NCBI RefSeq assembly: GCF_058153355.1
Contig: NZ_CM177019.1
Strand: one strand, 5' to 3'
Length of the DNA: 64,000 nucleotides
The position numbers and the translations under genes were made by a program. Every line of letters begins with the position of its first letter. The first letter of the stretch is position 1. The notes beneath the pieces are model-generated. The model had not been told where the DNA came from, did not search any database, and saw only the letters and a list, made by a program, of their open reading frames with translations. Below are positions 1-13,125 of this stretch, piece after piece.

Positions 1-596
1 AGATAGCCAGTGGTATCCCCGGTCGGGCGGCTGTTGGCATTGGGTTTGATCACAATATTCGGTTTGGTAAAGTGAGCTCGCGGCAACGGCGCAACAGCCG
101 CCAAATCGCCATGTTTTTTACGCAGCTCGTCGATAGGGCCAAAATCCAGCGCCCGCAGCGGGCAAGATTCAACACAGATCGGCTTCTTCCCCTCCGCAAC
201 ACGGTCATAACAACCATCACATTTGGTCATATGGCCTTTCGTTTCGTTATATTGCGGTGCGCCATACGGGCAAGCCATATGGCAGTAACGGCAGCCAATG
301 CATACATCTTCATCGACCACAACAAAACCATCTTCACGTTTATGCATCGCACCGCTCGGGCAGACTTTAGTACAAGCCGGATCTTCGCAGTGGTTACATG
401 AAATCGACAGATAGTAGGCAAACACGTTCTGGTGCCAGACACCGTTATCTTCCTGCCAGTCGCCGCCAGCATATTCATAAATGCGGCGGAAACTGACTTC
501 TGGCGTCAAATCTTTGTAGTCTTTACAAGCCAGCTCGCAGGTTTTGCAACCGGTGCAACGGCTGGAATCAATAAAAAATCCATACTGGGTTGTCAT
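1..596 (-). CDS. dmsB: DMSO reductase iron-sulfur subunit DmsB, 3' end cut by window edge
   Basis: Minus-strand frame open from ATG at 596 to window start; I translated MTTQYGFFIDSSRCTGCKTCELACKDYKDLTPEVSFRRI by hand; starts 10 bp downstream of the dmsA stop. Confidence 0.9.
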   Translation of the reverse strand, partial: MTTQYGFFIDSSRCTGCKTCELACKDYKDLTPEVSFRRIYEYAGGDWQEDNGVWHQNVFAYYLSISCNHCEDPACTKVCPSGAMHKREDGFVVVDEDVCIGCRYCHMACPYGAPQYNETKGHMTKCDGCYDRVAEGKKPICVESCPLRALDFGPIDELRKKHGDLAAVAPLPRAHFTKPNIVIKPNANSRPTGDTTGY

Positions 597-606
597 CGGT
601 TACTCC

Positions 607-3051
607 TTACACCTTTTCAACCTGAACAAGGTTTGTATGTGACGGATTCCCCTTAGCGAGAGGAGACGGACGTTGAGTGGTCAGTACGTTGATACAACCG
701 CCCTTATCGACACGTTTTGCATCCGGGTCATACCAGGCACCTTCACCCAGTGCGACCACACCCGGCATCATTCGTGGCGTCACTTTCGCCTCAATATGAA
801 CCTCACCACGATCGTTAAAGATCCTGACTTTATCGCCGTTGTTGATACCGCGTTTTTGCGCATCAAGCGGGTTGATCCACATTTCCTGACGGCAAGCCGC
901 TTTCAGCACATCAACGTTGCCGTAAGTTGAGTGAACGCGAGATTTATAGTGGAAACCCGTAAGCTGCAGCGGATACTGTTTGTTCAGCGGATCCTGATAA
1001 CTTTCAAAGCCCGGCGTGTAGATCGGCAGTGGATCGATCACATCGCCTTCTGGCAATTCCCAGGTAGCGGCAATGTCAGCCAGCGCCTGCGAATAAATCT
1101 CAATTTTACCCGATGGCGTGGTCAGTGGATTTGCCTGCGGATCTTCACGGAAGGCTTTATAAGCAACGTGATGCCCTTGTGGGTCGCGCTTTTTAAAGAT
1201 CCCCTGCTTGCGGAACTCTTCAAACGTTGGCAGTTCAGGAATCGCTTCCCGCGACTGGGCATACAGATGCCGCATCCACTCTTCCTGTGTACGGCCTTCA
1301 GTAAACTGTTGCTCAACGCCAAGACGTTTTGCCAGTTCGCTGGTCATTTCATAGATGGTCTTACATTCAAAGCGCGGTTTAATCACCTGATCGTTGAAAA
1401 TCACGTAAGACATATTCCCGCAGGATGCATCCAGTGCAAAGTCCATCTGTTCGGAAGCGGTGCAGTCAGGCAGCAGGATGTCAGCATATTTCGCCGATGA
1501 GGTCATGTGGCAGTCGATAACCACAATCAGCTCGCACTTCTTATCATCCTGGAGGATTTCATGGGTACGGTTGATTTCAGAATGCTGGTTAATCAGGCAG
1601 TTACCGGCATAGTTCCAGATCATTTTGATCGGCACATCCAGCTTATCTTTCCCGCGCACTCCATCACGCAGCGCCGTCATTTCCGGACCACGTTCAATCG
1701 CATCGGTCCACATGAACATGGAAATGCTGGTCTGGATCGGGTTTTCGAGGGTAGGCATCCGCACAAACGGTAAGCTGTATGAACCTTCACGCGCGCCGCT
1801 GTTGCCCCCGTTAATACCCACGTTACCGGTCAGAATCGCCAGCATCGAGATAGCACGGGTTGCGATTTCACCGTTAGCGTGACGCTGCGGGCCCCATCCC
1901 TGGCTGATAAACGCCGGTTTGGTACTACCGATTTCACGAGCCAATTTGATGATTTTGTCTGCCGGAACACCGGTGATTTGCGAGGCCCATTCCGGCGTTT
2001 TAGCCACGCCATCTGGCCCTTCACCCAGAATATAAGCTTTATAGTGACCATTTTTCGGCGCACTGGCTGGCAGTGTTTTCTCGTCGTAGCCAACGCAATA
2101 TTTATCGAGGAATGCCTGATCCACCAGGTTTTCGGTGATCATGACATACGCCAGACCGTTAACCAGTGCGGCATCTGTTCCCGGACGAATAGGGATCCAC
2201 TCATCTTCGCGCCCGGCACCGGTGTCGGTATAGCGCGGATCGATAATGATCATACGAGCGTTGGATTTCTGACGAGCCTGCTCAAGGTAATAAGTCACCC
2301 CACCACCGCTCATTCGCGTTTCGCCAGGGTTATTACCAAACAGTACCACCAGCTTACTGTTTTCAATATCTGACGGGCTGTTACCATCCGCCCAGCCACC
2401 GTAGGTATAGTTCAAACCTTCCGCAATTTGCGCGGAAGAGTAGTCACCGTAATGGTTCAGATAACCGCCGCAGCAGTTCATCAGGCGAGCGACCAGGGTA
2501 TTTCCCGGCGGCCAGGAGCGGGTCATGGTGCCGCCCAGCGTACCGGTACCATAGTTCAGATAGATAGACTCGTTGCCGTACTCTTTGATCAGGCGCTGCA
2601 TATTGGTCGCGATGATGTCGTAGGCTTCTTCCCAGCTAATGCGCTCGAATTTGCCTTCACCGCGCGCCCCGACTCGTTTCATCGGATATTTCAGGCGGTC
2701 CGGATTGTAGACACGGCGACGCATGGAACGCCCACGCAGACAGGCGCGCACCTGGTGCAGGCCGTCATAGTTGTCATCGCCGGTATTATCCGTTTCAACA
2801 TATTTAATTTCACCGTCCACAACGTGCATACGTAGCGGGCAGCGGCTACCACAGTTAACTGTACAGGCGCTCCAGATTACCTTTTCGTCTGACTTTGCCG
2901 GAAGGGCACTATCAACAGCGTGCGCAATCCGACTAAAAGGTAATGTTAATGCGCTGCTGGCCATTGCCAGGCCGCCGATCGCTGTCGTTTTTACCAAACC
3001 ACGGCGACTCACCTCAGCAGCCAATACCGCATCAGGGATTTTCGTTTTCAT
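607..3051 (-). CDS. dmsA: DMSO reductase catalytic subunit DmsA (molybdopterin, Tat signal)
   Basis: 814-aa ORF; N-terminus has a twin-arginine signal (SRRGLVK) and Cys cluster; recognised as DmsA. Confidence 0.95.
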   Translation of the reverse strand: MKTKIPDAVLAAEVSRRGLVKTTAIGGLAMASSALTLPFSRIAHAVDSALPAKSDEKVIWSACTVNCGSRCPLRMHVVDGEIKYVETDNTGDDNYDGLHQVRACLRGRSMRRRVYNPDRLKYPMKRVGARGEGKFERISWEEAYDIIATNMQRLIKEYGNESIYLNYGTGTLGGTMTRSWPPGNTLVARLMNCCGGYLNHYGDYSSAQIAEGLNYTYGGWADGNSPSDIENSKLVVLFGNNPGETRMSGGGVTYYLEQARQKSNARMIIIDPRYTDTGAGREDEWIPIRPGTDAALVNGLAYVMITENLVDQAFLDKYCVGYDEKTLPASAPKNGHYKAYILGEGPDGVAKTPEWASQITGVPADKIIKLAREIGSTKPAFISQGWGPQRHANGEIATRAISMLAILTGNVGINGGNSGAREGSYSLPFVRMPTLENPIQTSISMFMWTDAIERGPEMTALRDGVRGKDKLDVPIKMIWNYAGNCLINQHSEINRTHEILQDDKKCELIVVIDCHMTSSAKYADILLPDCTASEQMDFALDASCGNMSYVIFNDQVIKPRFECKTIYEMTSELAKRLGVEQQFTEGRTQEEWMRHLYAQSREAIPELPTFEEFRKQGIFKKRDPQGHHVAYKAFREDPQANPLTTPSGKIEIYSQALADIAATWELPEGDVIDPLPIYTPGFESYQDPLNKQYPLQLTGFHYKSRVHSTYGNVDVLKAACRQEMWINPLDAQKRGINNGDKVRIFNDRGEVHIEAKVTPRMMPGVVALGEGAWYDPDAKRVDKGGCINVLTTQRPSPLAKGNPSHTNLVQVEKV

Positions 3052-3221
3052 AATGGCTCACTCAAGCTTGCTCACGATTGATTCCAGTAACAAACCGTAT
3101 TGTGTAATTATTTCTATAGCAGGTCGCTATATAGGCTTGTATATATCGAATAATTTGAAAATCAAAGAGATATGTAGATTTTCACTCGAAAGTAGTATTA
3201 CGTGTAAGTGAGGAGTAATTA

Positions 3222-3235
3222 TTGTTCGGTATCAA
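3222..3235 (-). promoter_or_regulatory. Candidate FNR box upstream of dmsA (TTGATACCGAACAA on minus strand)
   Basis: Near match to the TTGAT-N4-ATCAA consensus; a TAATAC -10-like hexamer lies about 29-34 nt downstream on the minus strand; dmsABC is known to be FNR-activated. Confidence 0.45.
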
Positions 3236-3243
3236 AGGGAGAC

Positions 3244-3264
3244 AAAAAAAGCGCCCGCAGGCGC
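3244..3264 (-). terminator. Rho-independent terminator downstream of serS
   Basis: GC hairpin GCGCC-TGCG-GGCGC followed by a T-run on the minus strand, just after the serS stop. Confidence 0.55.
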
Positions 3265-3289
3265 TTTTTAGATTCAGAAAAATTGGGTA

Positions 3290-4603
<1,314 letters not shown>

Positions 4604-4672
4604 TTAAATGGGAGATGTGGCCACAGCCTGCGACCACAGGGATACAGTAACAACATTACCGCAACGATAACA

Positions 4673-6016
4673 TTAACGGTAGCGTTTTATGGGGCTATTT
4701 TGATCCTGTTCAGCCAGCCAGGCGAGCTTTTCGCCAATCTTGCCTTCAAGGCCCCTGTTTGTCGGGAAATAATAGCGTGTTTGTGCTATTTCCGGCGGGA
4801 AGTAAACCTCACCGGCAGCATAAGCGTTTGCTTCATCATGAGCGTAACGATATTCCTGCCCGTAGCCCATTTCCTTCATTAATTTCGTCGGCGCATTACG
4901 CAAATGAACCGGCACGTCATAATCCGGACGTTCGCGAGCATCGGCCAGCGCGGCTTTAAACGCAGTGTAGACAGCGTTGCTTTTTGGCGCGCAGGCCAGG
5001 TAAACAATCGCCTGAGCAATGGCGCGTTCACCTTCCGCCGGACCAACGCGAGTAAAGCAATCCCAGGCCGCAATAGCCACCTGCATCGCCCGTGGGTCAG
5101 CATTACCCACATCTTCAGACGCAATCGCCAGGCAGCGACGCGCGACATATAACGGATCTCCACCGGCGGTAATAATTCGCGCATACCAGTACAGCGCCGC
5201 ATCGGGTGCGCTCCCACGCACCGATTTATGCAGTGCAGAGATCAGATCGTAAAAGCGATCGCCTTTGTTATCAAAGCGGGCGCTACGCTCACCGGCGATT
5301 TCGGTCAGTAATTCAGGCTTCAGGACTCGCTTACCGCTATCATCGACTTCGGCCATATCCGCCATCATTTCCAACGTATTTAACGCCCGGCGCGCGTCGC
5401 CATTCACCAGTTCAGCAATGGCGCGTCGTGTTTCATCTGGCAGAACAATATCCTGACCACCATAGCCACGGGTTTTGTCTTCCATCGCCTGAGTCAGTAC
5501 TTGCTCAATATCCTCTGTACTGAGGGATTTCAGCAGATAGACACGGGCACGGGAAAGCAGTGCCGAATTAAGCTCAAATGACGGGTTTTCAGTGGTCGCA
5601 CCAATAAAAGTGATGGTGCCGTCTTCAATATGTGGCAGAAATGCATCCTGCTGACTTTTGTTGAAACGGTGAACTTCGTCAACAAAAAGAATAGTGCGGC
5701 GACCAGCATTGCGGTTTTGCCGAGCGCGCTCGATCGCCTCACGAATCTCTTTCACGCCAGAGGTGACGGCAGAAATACGTTCCACATCAGCGTTCGCATA
5801 ACGGGCTATAACTTCAGCGAGGGTTGTTTTGCCGGTACCCGGTGGCCCCCAGAGGATCATAGAATGCAAATGCCCAGCTTCGATAGCGCGCGGCAATGGC
5901 TTCCCGGCAGCCAGCAAATGTTGCTGGCCGATATACTGTGCTAAATTTTCTGGCCGCATACGCGCGGCCAGAGGTTGAAAAGTATTATCCGAAAAATCGA
6001 GCGACAGATTGCTCAC
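4673..6016 (-). CDS. rarA: Replication-associated recombination protein A (AAA+ ATPase)
   Basis: 447-aa ORF with Walker [10 protein letters not shown]; recognised as RarA/MgsA. Confidence 0.95.
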
Positions 6017-6026
6017 TCAGGTGCCT

Positions 6027-6638
6027 CTACTTACGTTGATCATCTACCGTGACGCCTTGCGGCGGGGTGAAGGTAAATTTCGCTGCATCCACAGCCCCAT
6101 TTTGCTGGGATTTCAGCTGATAACTGCTGCGCTGATCGTCCTGCTCCACCGCGCTAAACTGATGGATTGTGCCATCACGCCCTACGTTAATGGTGAACTG
6201 CTTCAAATTGCCATTGCTGGCTTTCGGCGTCAGGACAAAGTCATCGCCATTCTGTTTGATATTGTACTGCTGCCAGTCGCTGGACTGGTTGCGGGCAATC
6301 AGCATAAACGGCGTATTACCGGTGGCATCTTTCAGCCAGGTTGCCGTAGCTTGCTCAACGAACGGGTTATAGAACCACAGTGTTTTACCGTCAGAAACCA
6401 GAATGCTTTCGTCAGGTTGAGTCATATGCCAGTTGAATAAGTTTGGACGTTTCACCCACAGATCGCCCTGACCTTCCTGCACCGCCGCGCCGCTACCGTC
6501 AGTCACTTTTTGTGTGAAGCTGGCGTGGAAGCTGCTGACTTTATCCAGGCGGCTTTTCAGATCGCTTGCGGCATCAGCCCAAACGCTGCTTGCTACTAAG
6601 CTTGAGAGTAATGCACAGGTGATGGCAATTTTTTTCAT
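6027..6638 (-). CDS. lolA: Outer-membrane lipoprotein carrier LolA
   Basis: ORF track starts at a tandem ATG (6641); I chose the second ATG (6638) for better SD spacing, giving 203 aa; signal peptide [21 protein letters not shown]. Confidence 0.93.
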
Positions 6639-6796
6639 CATTATTCCTCAAATTACGTCACTCCCGACCGGGAGCTCCCTCTACTCTCTATTCCAGGCTA
6701 ATAATCAGCTTGAGGAAAGAAGAAAATACTGAATTTTCAGTTACCAGATTGCCGGATGCGACGCTACCGCGCCTTATCCGGCATACGATGCATTAA

Positions 6797-9700
6797 TTAG
6801 TCAAACGGCGGTGGGGCCAGCACTTCACGATTACCGTTGTGCCCCTGTTCGCTGACAATCCCTTGCGCTTCCATCTGTTCGATAATACGCGCTGCACGGT
6901 TATAACCAATGCGGAACTGACGCTGTACGCCTGAAATTGACGCTTTGCGTTTTTCAATGACAAACTGCACCGCCTGATCGAACAACGGATCCAATTCTTC
7001 AGCGCCATCGAAACCACCCGCACCACCTTCGCTTTCGCTGTCGGAGGTGATGCCGTCAACATACTGTGGGCGACCACGCGCTTTCCAGTCCTGCACCACG
7101 GCATGAACTTCCTGATCGCGAACAAAAGCACCATGAACACGTACCGGCAACGTGGAGTTCGGCCCAGAGTAAAGCATATCCCCCATACCCAGCAGGGATT
7201 CCGCGCCAGCCTGATCAAGAATGGTACGTGAGTCAATCTTACTGGATACGGTAAAGGCGATACGGGTCGGAATATTCGCTTTAATCAGACCAGTAATAAC
7301 ATCAACCGATGGACGCTGAGTTGCCAGTACGAGGTGGATACCTGCAGCACGGGCTTTTTGCGCCAGACGTGCTATCAGCTCTTCCACTTTTTTACCTACC
7401 GTCATCATCAGGTCGGCAAATTCGTCCACCAACACCACAATGTACGGTTCTTTTTTCAGCACCGGATGCTGGGCATCCATACTGTCACCCGGCTTCCAGT
7501 ACGGGTCTGGAATCGGACGCATCATGCGATCGGCTTCAGCAATTTTTTCGTTATAACCCGCCAGATTACGCACACCCAGCGCAGACATCAGTTTGTAACG
7601 ACGCTCCATCTCGTTAACACACCAGCGCAGCGCGTTGGCGGCATCTTTCATATCGGTAACAACTTCCGTTAACAGGTGCGGAATGCCTTCATAAACCGAA
7701 AGCTCCAGCATTTTCGGGTCGATCATGATGAAACGCACATCTTCTGGCTGTGCTTTATAAAGCATGCTCAGGATCATCGCGTTCACACCGACAGATTTAC
7801 CGGAACCGGTAGTCCCCGCAACCAACAAGTGCGGCATCTTCGCCAGATCGGCAACCACCGGCTCACCGGCGATATCTTTACCCAGCACCACAGTTAATGG
7901 TGACGGATTATCGCGGAACTTCGCATTATCAAGCACTTCGCGCAGATAAACGGTTTGTCGTTTTTTATTCGGTAACTCCAGACCTACATAGGGTTTGCCA
8001 GGAATAACTTCAACGACACGCACCGCCACCGTCGAAAGTGAACGGGCAAGGTCACGTGACAAGTTAGAAATACGCGCCGCTTTTACGCCCGGTGCCAGGT
8101 TCAATTCAAAGCGAGTGATAACCGGCCCTGGAGAATAATTGACGACATCGGCTTTAATACGGAAATCAGCCAGACGCGCTTCCACCAGGCGCGCCATTTG
8201 TTCAAGCGCAAAGGTATCTACCGGCTCCACTTCGCTCGGCGGCGGCGTCAGCAAATCCAGAGAAGGCAGCGGCGTCGTCGGTTTATGCAACGGACGGCTG
8301 TCGCCATTGCGCATCAACAGCGGATGAAGCAGGGTATCCTGCGGCTGCGGCGCAACTGGCTGTTGCGGCTGCTGATATTGCTGCTGTGGTGCAACCGGCT
8401 GTTGTGGCTGCTGATACTGCGGCTGTGGTGCAACCGGCTGTTGCGGCTGCTGATATTGCGGCTGCTGTGCAACCGGTTGTTGCGGCTGCTGATATTGCTG
8501 CTGCGGCGCTACAGGTTGTTGTGGCTGCTGGTATTGCTGCTGCGGCGCTATCGGTTGTTGCGGCTGCTGTACAGGTTCAACAATTGGCGTAAACAGCGGT
8601 TCGTGTGGCCCATCATCCAGCAAAGCTTTCATTGGCGAAAATTCGAAATCATCCAGCGAGAACGGATTCGCCCCAGCCGGTTGTTCGCCCGAATAACGTT
8701 GCTGTTGAGTTTGAGCAAACTGACGAGCCAGTTCTGCCTCTGCTGCAGCATCTGTATCTTCTGCGTTGACTGGCACATCATGTTGATACTGTTCGCCATA
8801 GCGTTGCTGCTGCGTCTGGGCGAACTGACGCGCCAGTTCATCCTGCTGCATCGCATCGATTTCATCATCGTTATAATGATCGCCGGAATCGTACTGATTG
8901 CGCTGGGCTTCACGGGCTTTTTCTTCTGCCGCACGCTGTGAGGGCAGCTTAATACCGTAAGACGCCAGTTCACGACGAGTTGGCACGCGGATGCGTTTCG
9001 GTCGTGGCAACTGCGGGCCAATCCCCTCTTTGACCTGCGGACGCGGTCCACCGCTATTTGCCAGACTGAAAACTGGCGCGGCAACGGTTGCGGCAGCCCC
9101 CGTCGCCAGTGTCGCTTTTTTCACACCAGATGCCAGCGGAGAAACAGCGGCAGCGGCTTCTACTGGAGGTACTGCTGCAACAGAAGGTGCTTTCAGCGAA
9201 GATTTGATCGGTTCCGGTTCTTTAACCGGTTCAGGAATCGGTTGATACCAGGCCGCAAGTTGTTCACGTTCACGGGCACGCTTCTCTTCCACTTCTTCAA
9301 AATAGTAAAGCGGCGGACGCGCGGGTTTTGTCTCTTCTACAATGGGTTCAGGCTCCACAACAGGCTGCTGTTCAACGGGTTGCGGCTGTTGGTACAACGG
9401 CTCCTGAGCGGCTGGCTGCTGATAAGTTTGCTCCGTCTGGTATGTAGACTGTGGAGCAAAAGTGGATTGCTGCTCTTCGGCTTGCCAGGCGTTACCTGCC
9501 ACCGGTTGTTCTGGCGCAGGGGCGTAATACGGCTGTTGCGCAGGCTGTTGCGGCGCAGTTGCGTAATACGGTTGCTGAACAGGTTGTTCCGCCGCAGGAG
9601 CGTAGTAAGGTTGTTGCGCAGGTTGTTCAGCTGCAGGCGCATAATACGGCTGCTGTGGCTGTACAGGTTGTTGCAGCGGCTCATTATATTGCTCTGCAGG

Positions 9701-10864
9701 CTGCGCATATTGTGACTGCTGTGGGTAACCTTCCGGTGCAGGTGCAATAACCGGTTCTCCCGTTTGCGGCCCCGGTACAGGCTGCCAGGCTACTGTAGGT
9801 TGCGTAGGTGGAACATCAACAGAGGCAACTGGCGGCGTCTGAGTCACAGGTTCAACAGGTGCAGCCCAGCTTTGTGTCGCCGTGGTAGCAGCAGCTGCTA
9901 CAGCAACAGGTTCGGTAATTGGCGCACCGTTTAATAATGGATCGTATTCGTCATATTCTGGCTGCGTTGCACGATTGCCCGAAAAGAGGACGTCGTCAGG
10001 GTCGGCAGCCACACCGCGTGCAGTGTAGGTAATCTCTTCTTCATCATCCATCCGCTTACCGGAGAACAACGCAGCATCTGTTTGCCGCCCCATCGGATTA
10101 ATGAATTTTTCCGCCAGACGTTTACGACGTGCTAGCGCGCCGCGAAGAATACGGGCACGGCGCGATTCATGCTGTTTGCCGTGATTTTCATCTTCATACT
10201 CTTCGTCGTCTTCATATTCATCTTCATCGACCCAGGTATCATCGCGACGAGTACGATTACTGGCGAAGGTGAGAATGTTTAAAATCCAGCCGCCGAGTTT
10301 TTCAGCAATGGTCACCCATGACCAACCGGTAAACAGTGTCAGGCCCGCCGCCCAAACGCAGAGCAGCGCAATAGTTCCCCCGCTACTGTGTAGCAGTGGT
10401 TGTAGCGTAGTGCTTAGTAAGCTGCCAATGACGCCACCGGAGGCAAAATACCAGATATCGTCAGCGTTGATTGCCGCCAGACCACAGGAGGTAAGGATGA
10501 GCGCCAAAACGCCAATGATGCGTAGCGAAACGGCAAAATAATCAATGTATTCGTCGCTGGACTGATGACGCCAGGCAAACCAACAACCGCCGACAATAAT
10601 GACGGGAATGGTGTAAGCCATCACGCCAAAAATAAAGAACAGCGTATCTGCCAGCCACGCACCGGGCATCCCACCTAAATTATGGATAGGTTCATGCCAG
10701 GCCGTTTGCGACCAGCTGGGGTCCGAAGGGTTAAAGCTTAGTAAGGCAGCCATCAACCAGACGGCAAACAGGACAATAAGGATCAGCAACGCCTCCAGAA
10801 GGCGGCGGCCGCTACTTAACTTTGTCAATGTGACTTCTTTGTCTTCAGTGTATTCCTGGCTCAA
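6797..10864 (-). CDS. ftsK: DNA translocase FtsK
   Basis: 1355-aa ORF; N-terminal membrane domain, long Pro/Gln-rich linker, C-terminal motor with Walker A GTTGSGKS. Confidence 0.96.
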   Translation of the reverse strand: MSQEYTEDKEVTLTKLSSGRRLLEALLILIVLFAVWLMAALLSFNPSDPSWSQTAWHEPIHNLGGMPGAWLADTLFFIFGVMAYTIPVIIVGGCWFAWRHQSSDEYIDYFAVSLRIIGVLALILTSCGLAAINADDIWYFASGGVIGSLLSTTLQPLLHSSGGTIALLCVWAAGLTLFTGWSWVTIAEKLGGWILNILTFASNRTRRDDTWVDEDEYEDDEEYEDENHGKQHESRRARILRGALARRKRLAEKFINPMGRQTDAALFSGKRMDDEEEITYTARGVAADPDDVLFSGNRATQPEYDEYDPLLNGAPITEPVAVAAAATTATQSWAAPVEPVTQTPPVASVDVPPTQPTVAWQPVPGPQTGEPVIAPAPEGYPQQSQYAQPAEQYNEPLQQPVQPQQPYYAPAAEQPAQQPYYAPAAEQPVQQPYYATAPQQPAQQPYYAPAPEQPVAGNAWQAEEQQSTFAPQSTYQTEQTYQQPAAQEPLYQQPQPVEQQPVVEPEPIVEETKPARPPLYYFEEVEEKRAREREQLAAWYQPIPEPVKEPEPIKSSLKAPSVAAVPPVEAAAAVSPLASGVKKATLATGAAATVAAPVFSLANSGGPRPQVKEGIGPQLPRPKRIRVPTRRELASYGIKLPSQRAAEEKAREAQRNQYDSGDHYNDDEIDAMQQDELARQFAQTQQQRYGEQYQHDVPVNAEDTDAAAEAELARQFAQTQQQRYSGEQPAGANPFSLDDFEFSPMKALLDDGPHEPLFTPIVEPVQQPQQPIAPQQQYQQPQQPVAPQQQYQQPQQPVAQQPQYQQPQQPVAPQPQYQQPQQPVAPQQQYQQPQQPVAPQPQDTLLHPLLMRNGDSRPLHKPTTPLPSLDLLTPPPSEVEPVDTFALEQMARLVEARLADFRIKADVVNYSPGPVITRFELNLAPGVKAARISNLSRDLARSLSTVAVRVVEVIPGKPYVGLELPNKKRQTVYLREVLDNAKFRDNPSPLTVVLGKDIAGEPVVADLAKMPHLLVAGTTGSGKSVGVNAMILSMLYKAQPEDVRFIMIDPKMLELSVYEGIPHLLTEVVTDMKDAANALRWCVNEMERRYKLMSALGVRNLAGYNEKIAEADRMMRPIPDPYWKPGDSMDAQHPVLKKEPYIVVLVDEFADLMMTVGKKVEELIARLAQKARAAGIHLVLATQRPSVDVITGLIKANIPTRIAFTVSSKIDSRTILDQAGAESLLGMGDMLYSGPNSTLPVRVHGAFVRDQEVHAVVQDWKARGRPQYVDGITSDSESEGGAGGFDGAEELDPLFDQAVQFVIEKRKASISGVQRQFRIGYNRAARIIEQMEAQGIVSEQGHNGNREVLAPPPFD
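8340..8580. repeat. In-frame tandem repeat (about 33-bp unit, about 7 copies) inside the ftsK linker
   Basis: Repeating units visible in the DNA; on the coding strand they give repeated [10 protein letters not shown](P/Q)QY peptide units. Confidence 0.8.
9512..9670. repeat. In-frame tandem repeat (about 39-bp unit, about 4 copies) inside the ftsK linker
   Basis: Repeated units encoding [13 protein letters not shown]-like peptides. Confidence 0.75.
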
Positions 10865-10998
10865 GAAAGGCTCTCCAGGTTACAGGCTTTTCCTGCCCGA
10901 TGCTAAAACGGACAACAGTACCAGGTTACCCCAGTACTGTTGCTGTATGGATTAACAGGAGTGTAATCAAAATACACCGATTTTGCACCTGTTCCGTG

Positions 10999-11493
10999 TT
11001 AGCGCGTCTTAATAACCAGACGATTACTCTGCTTGACTTCTTCCATAACAACGTATGTCCGCGTGTCATTGACGCCAGGCAAACGCAGCAGGGTTTCCCC
11101 AAGCAACTTACGATAAGCCGACATATCCGGCACGCGTGTTTTCAACAGGTAGTCGAAATCACCGGATACTAAATGACACTCCTGAATTTCTTCAAGTTTT
11201 TGTACAGCGGTATTGAATTGTTCAAACACATCCGGTGCGCCACGATTCAGAGTAATCTCAACGAATACCAGAAGTGATGCATCCAGATAATGGGGGTTCA
11301 GCAGCGCTGTATAGCCCTGAATAAACCCTTGTCTTTCCAGCCGACGCACACGCTCAAGGCACGGCGTTGGGGAAAGTCCCACACGTTTAGAAAGCTCGAC
11401 GTTAGAAATACGCCCATCCTTTTGCAACTCATTAAGAATGTTACGATCGATACGGTCGAGATCTTTGCCAGGGCGCTTCTTGCTATCTACCAT
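10999..11493 (-). CDS. lrp: Leucine-responsive regulatory protein
   Basis: Start moved to the internal ATG giving 164 aa beginning MVDSKKRPGKDLDRIDRNILNELQKDGRIS; AsnC-family HTH. Confidence 0.95.
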   Translation of the reverse strand: MVDSKKRPGKDLDRIDRNILNELQKDGRISNVELSKRVGLSPTPCLERVRRLERQGFIQGYTALLNPHYLDASLLVFVEITLNRGAPDVFEQFNTAVQKLEEIQECHLVSGDFDYLLKTRVPDMSAYRKLLGETLLRLPGVNDTRTYVVMEEVKQSNRLVIKTR

Positions 11494-11920
11494 TATTATT
11501 GTCTCTCTGTATTCCTTCCCTACTCCTGTCTGACCCTGAAACATCACTGTTCAGAGTCGCTACCCGTCACGATAGACCGAAATCATTAAGATTCACGGCG
11601 CGCAATGCCTGGTCTACGGTGAGAAGACCGTTGCCTGGTGGCAGCTATCGACATCACGAATGGCGTCTGTCCACGCCATACGTAGATTTCACTAGCACGG
11701 TAAACATGGTATTTACATGCATGGTTATGCGCATATAAGAATACTGTTTTTTTTCTTCCTCGAATGTTTTCGCAAAACACCAGGGGATTGTCAAAGCAAA
11801 ACATCGATTTTTAGTACAACATGCCAGATATTCATTAACAGGGGCGTTTATTCATCATTTAATCGGCTTATAACGCGGGAAATTTAAGTAGCAGAGGTGA
11901 TAATGCCGGAGGGAGTTTGA

Positions 11921-13003
<1,083 letters not shown>

Positions 13004-13125
13004 TTTTACAAATCAGTAACAAAAGTAAAGAAGGCGACACCATGCGACTATGGGTCGCCTTTATTTTTTCCCCGTTGTAACATTGCTCTGCAAATAATTC
13101 TGATAACTCACCTGCTAAGCGTGCA

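Noticed and set aside
72-656. Plus-strand ORFs of 109 and 74 aa at the window start
   Set aside because: They overlap the well-supported minus-strand dmsB frame, which shows ferredoxin Cys motifs.
8198-8941. 247-aa plus-strand ORF rich in Leu/Arg repeats
   Set aside because: It lies entirely antisense to the ftsK linker repeats; the open frame is an artefact of the low-complexity CAG/CCG-rich coding repeats.
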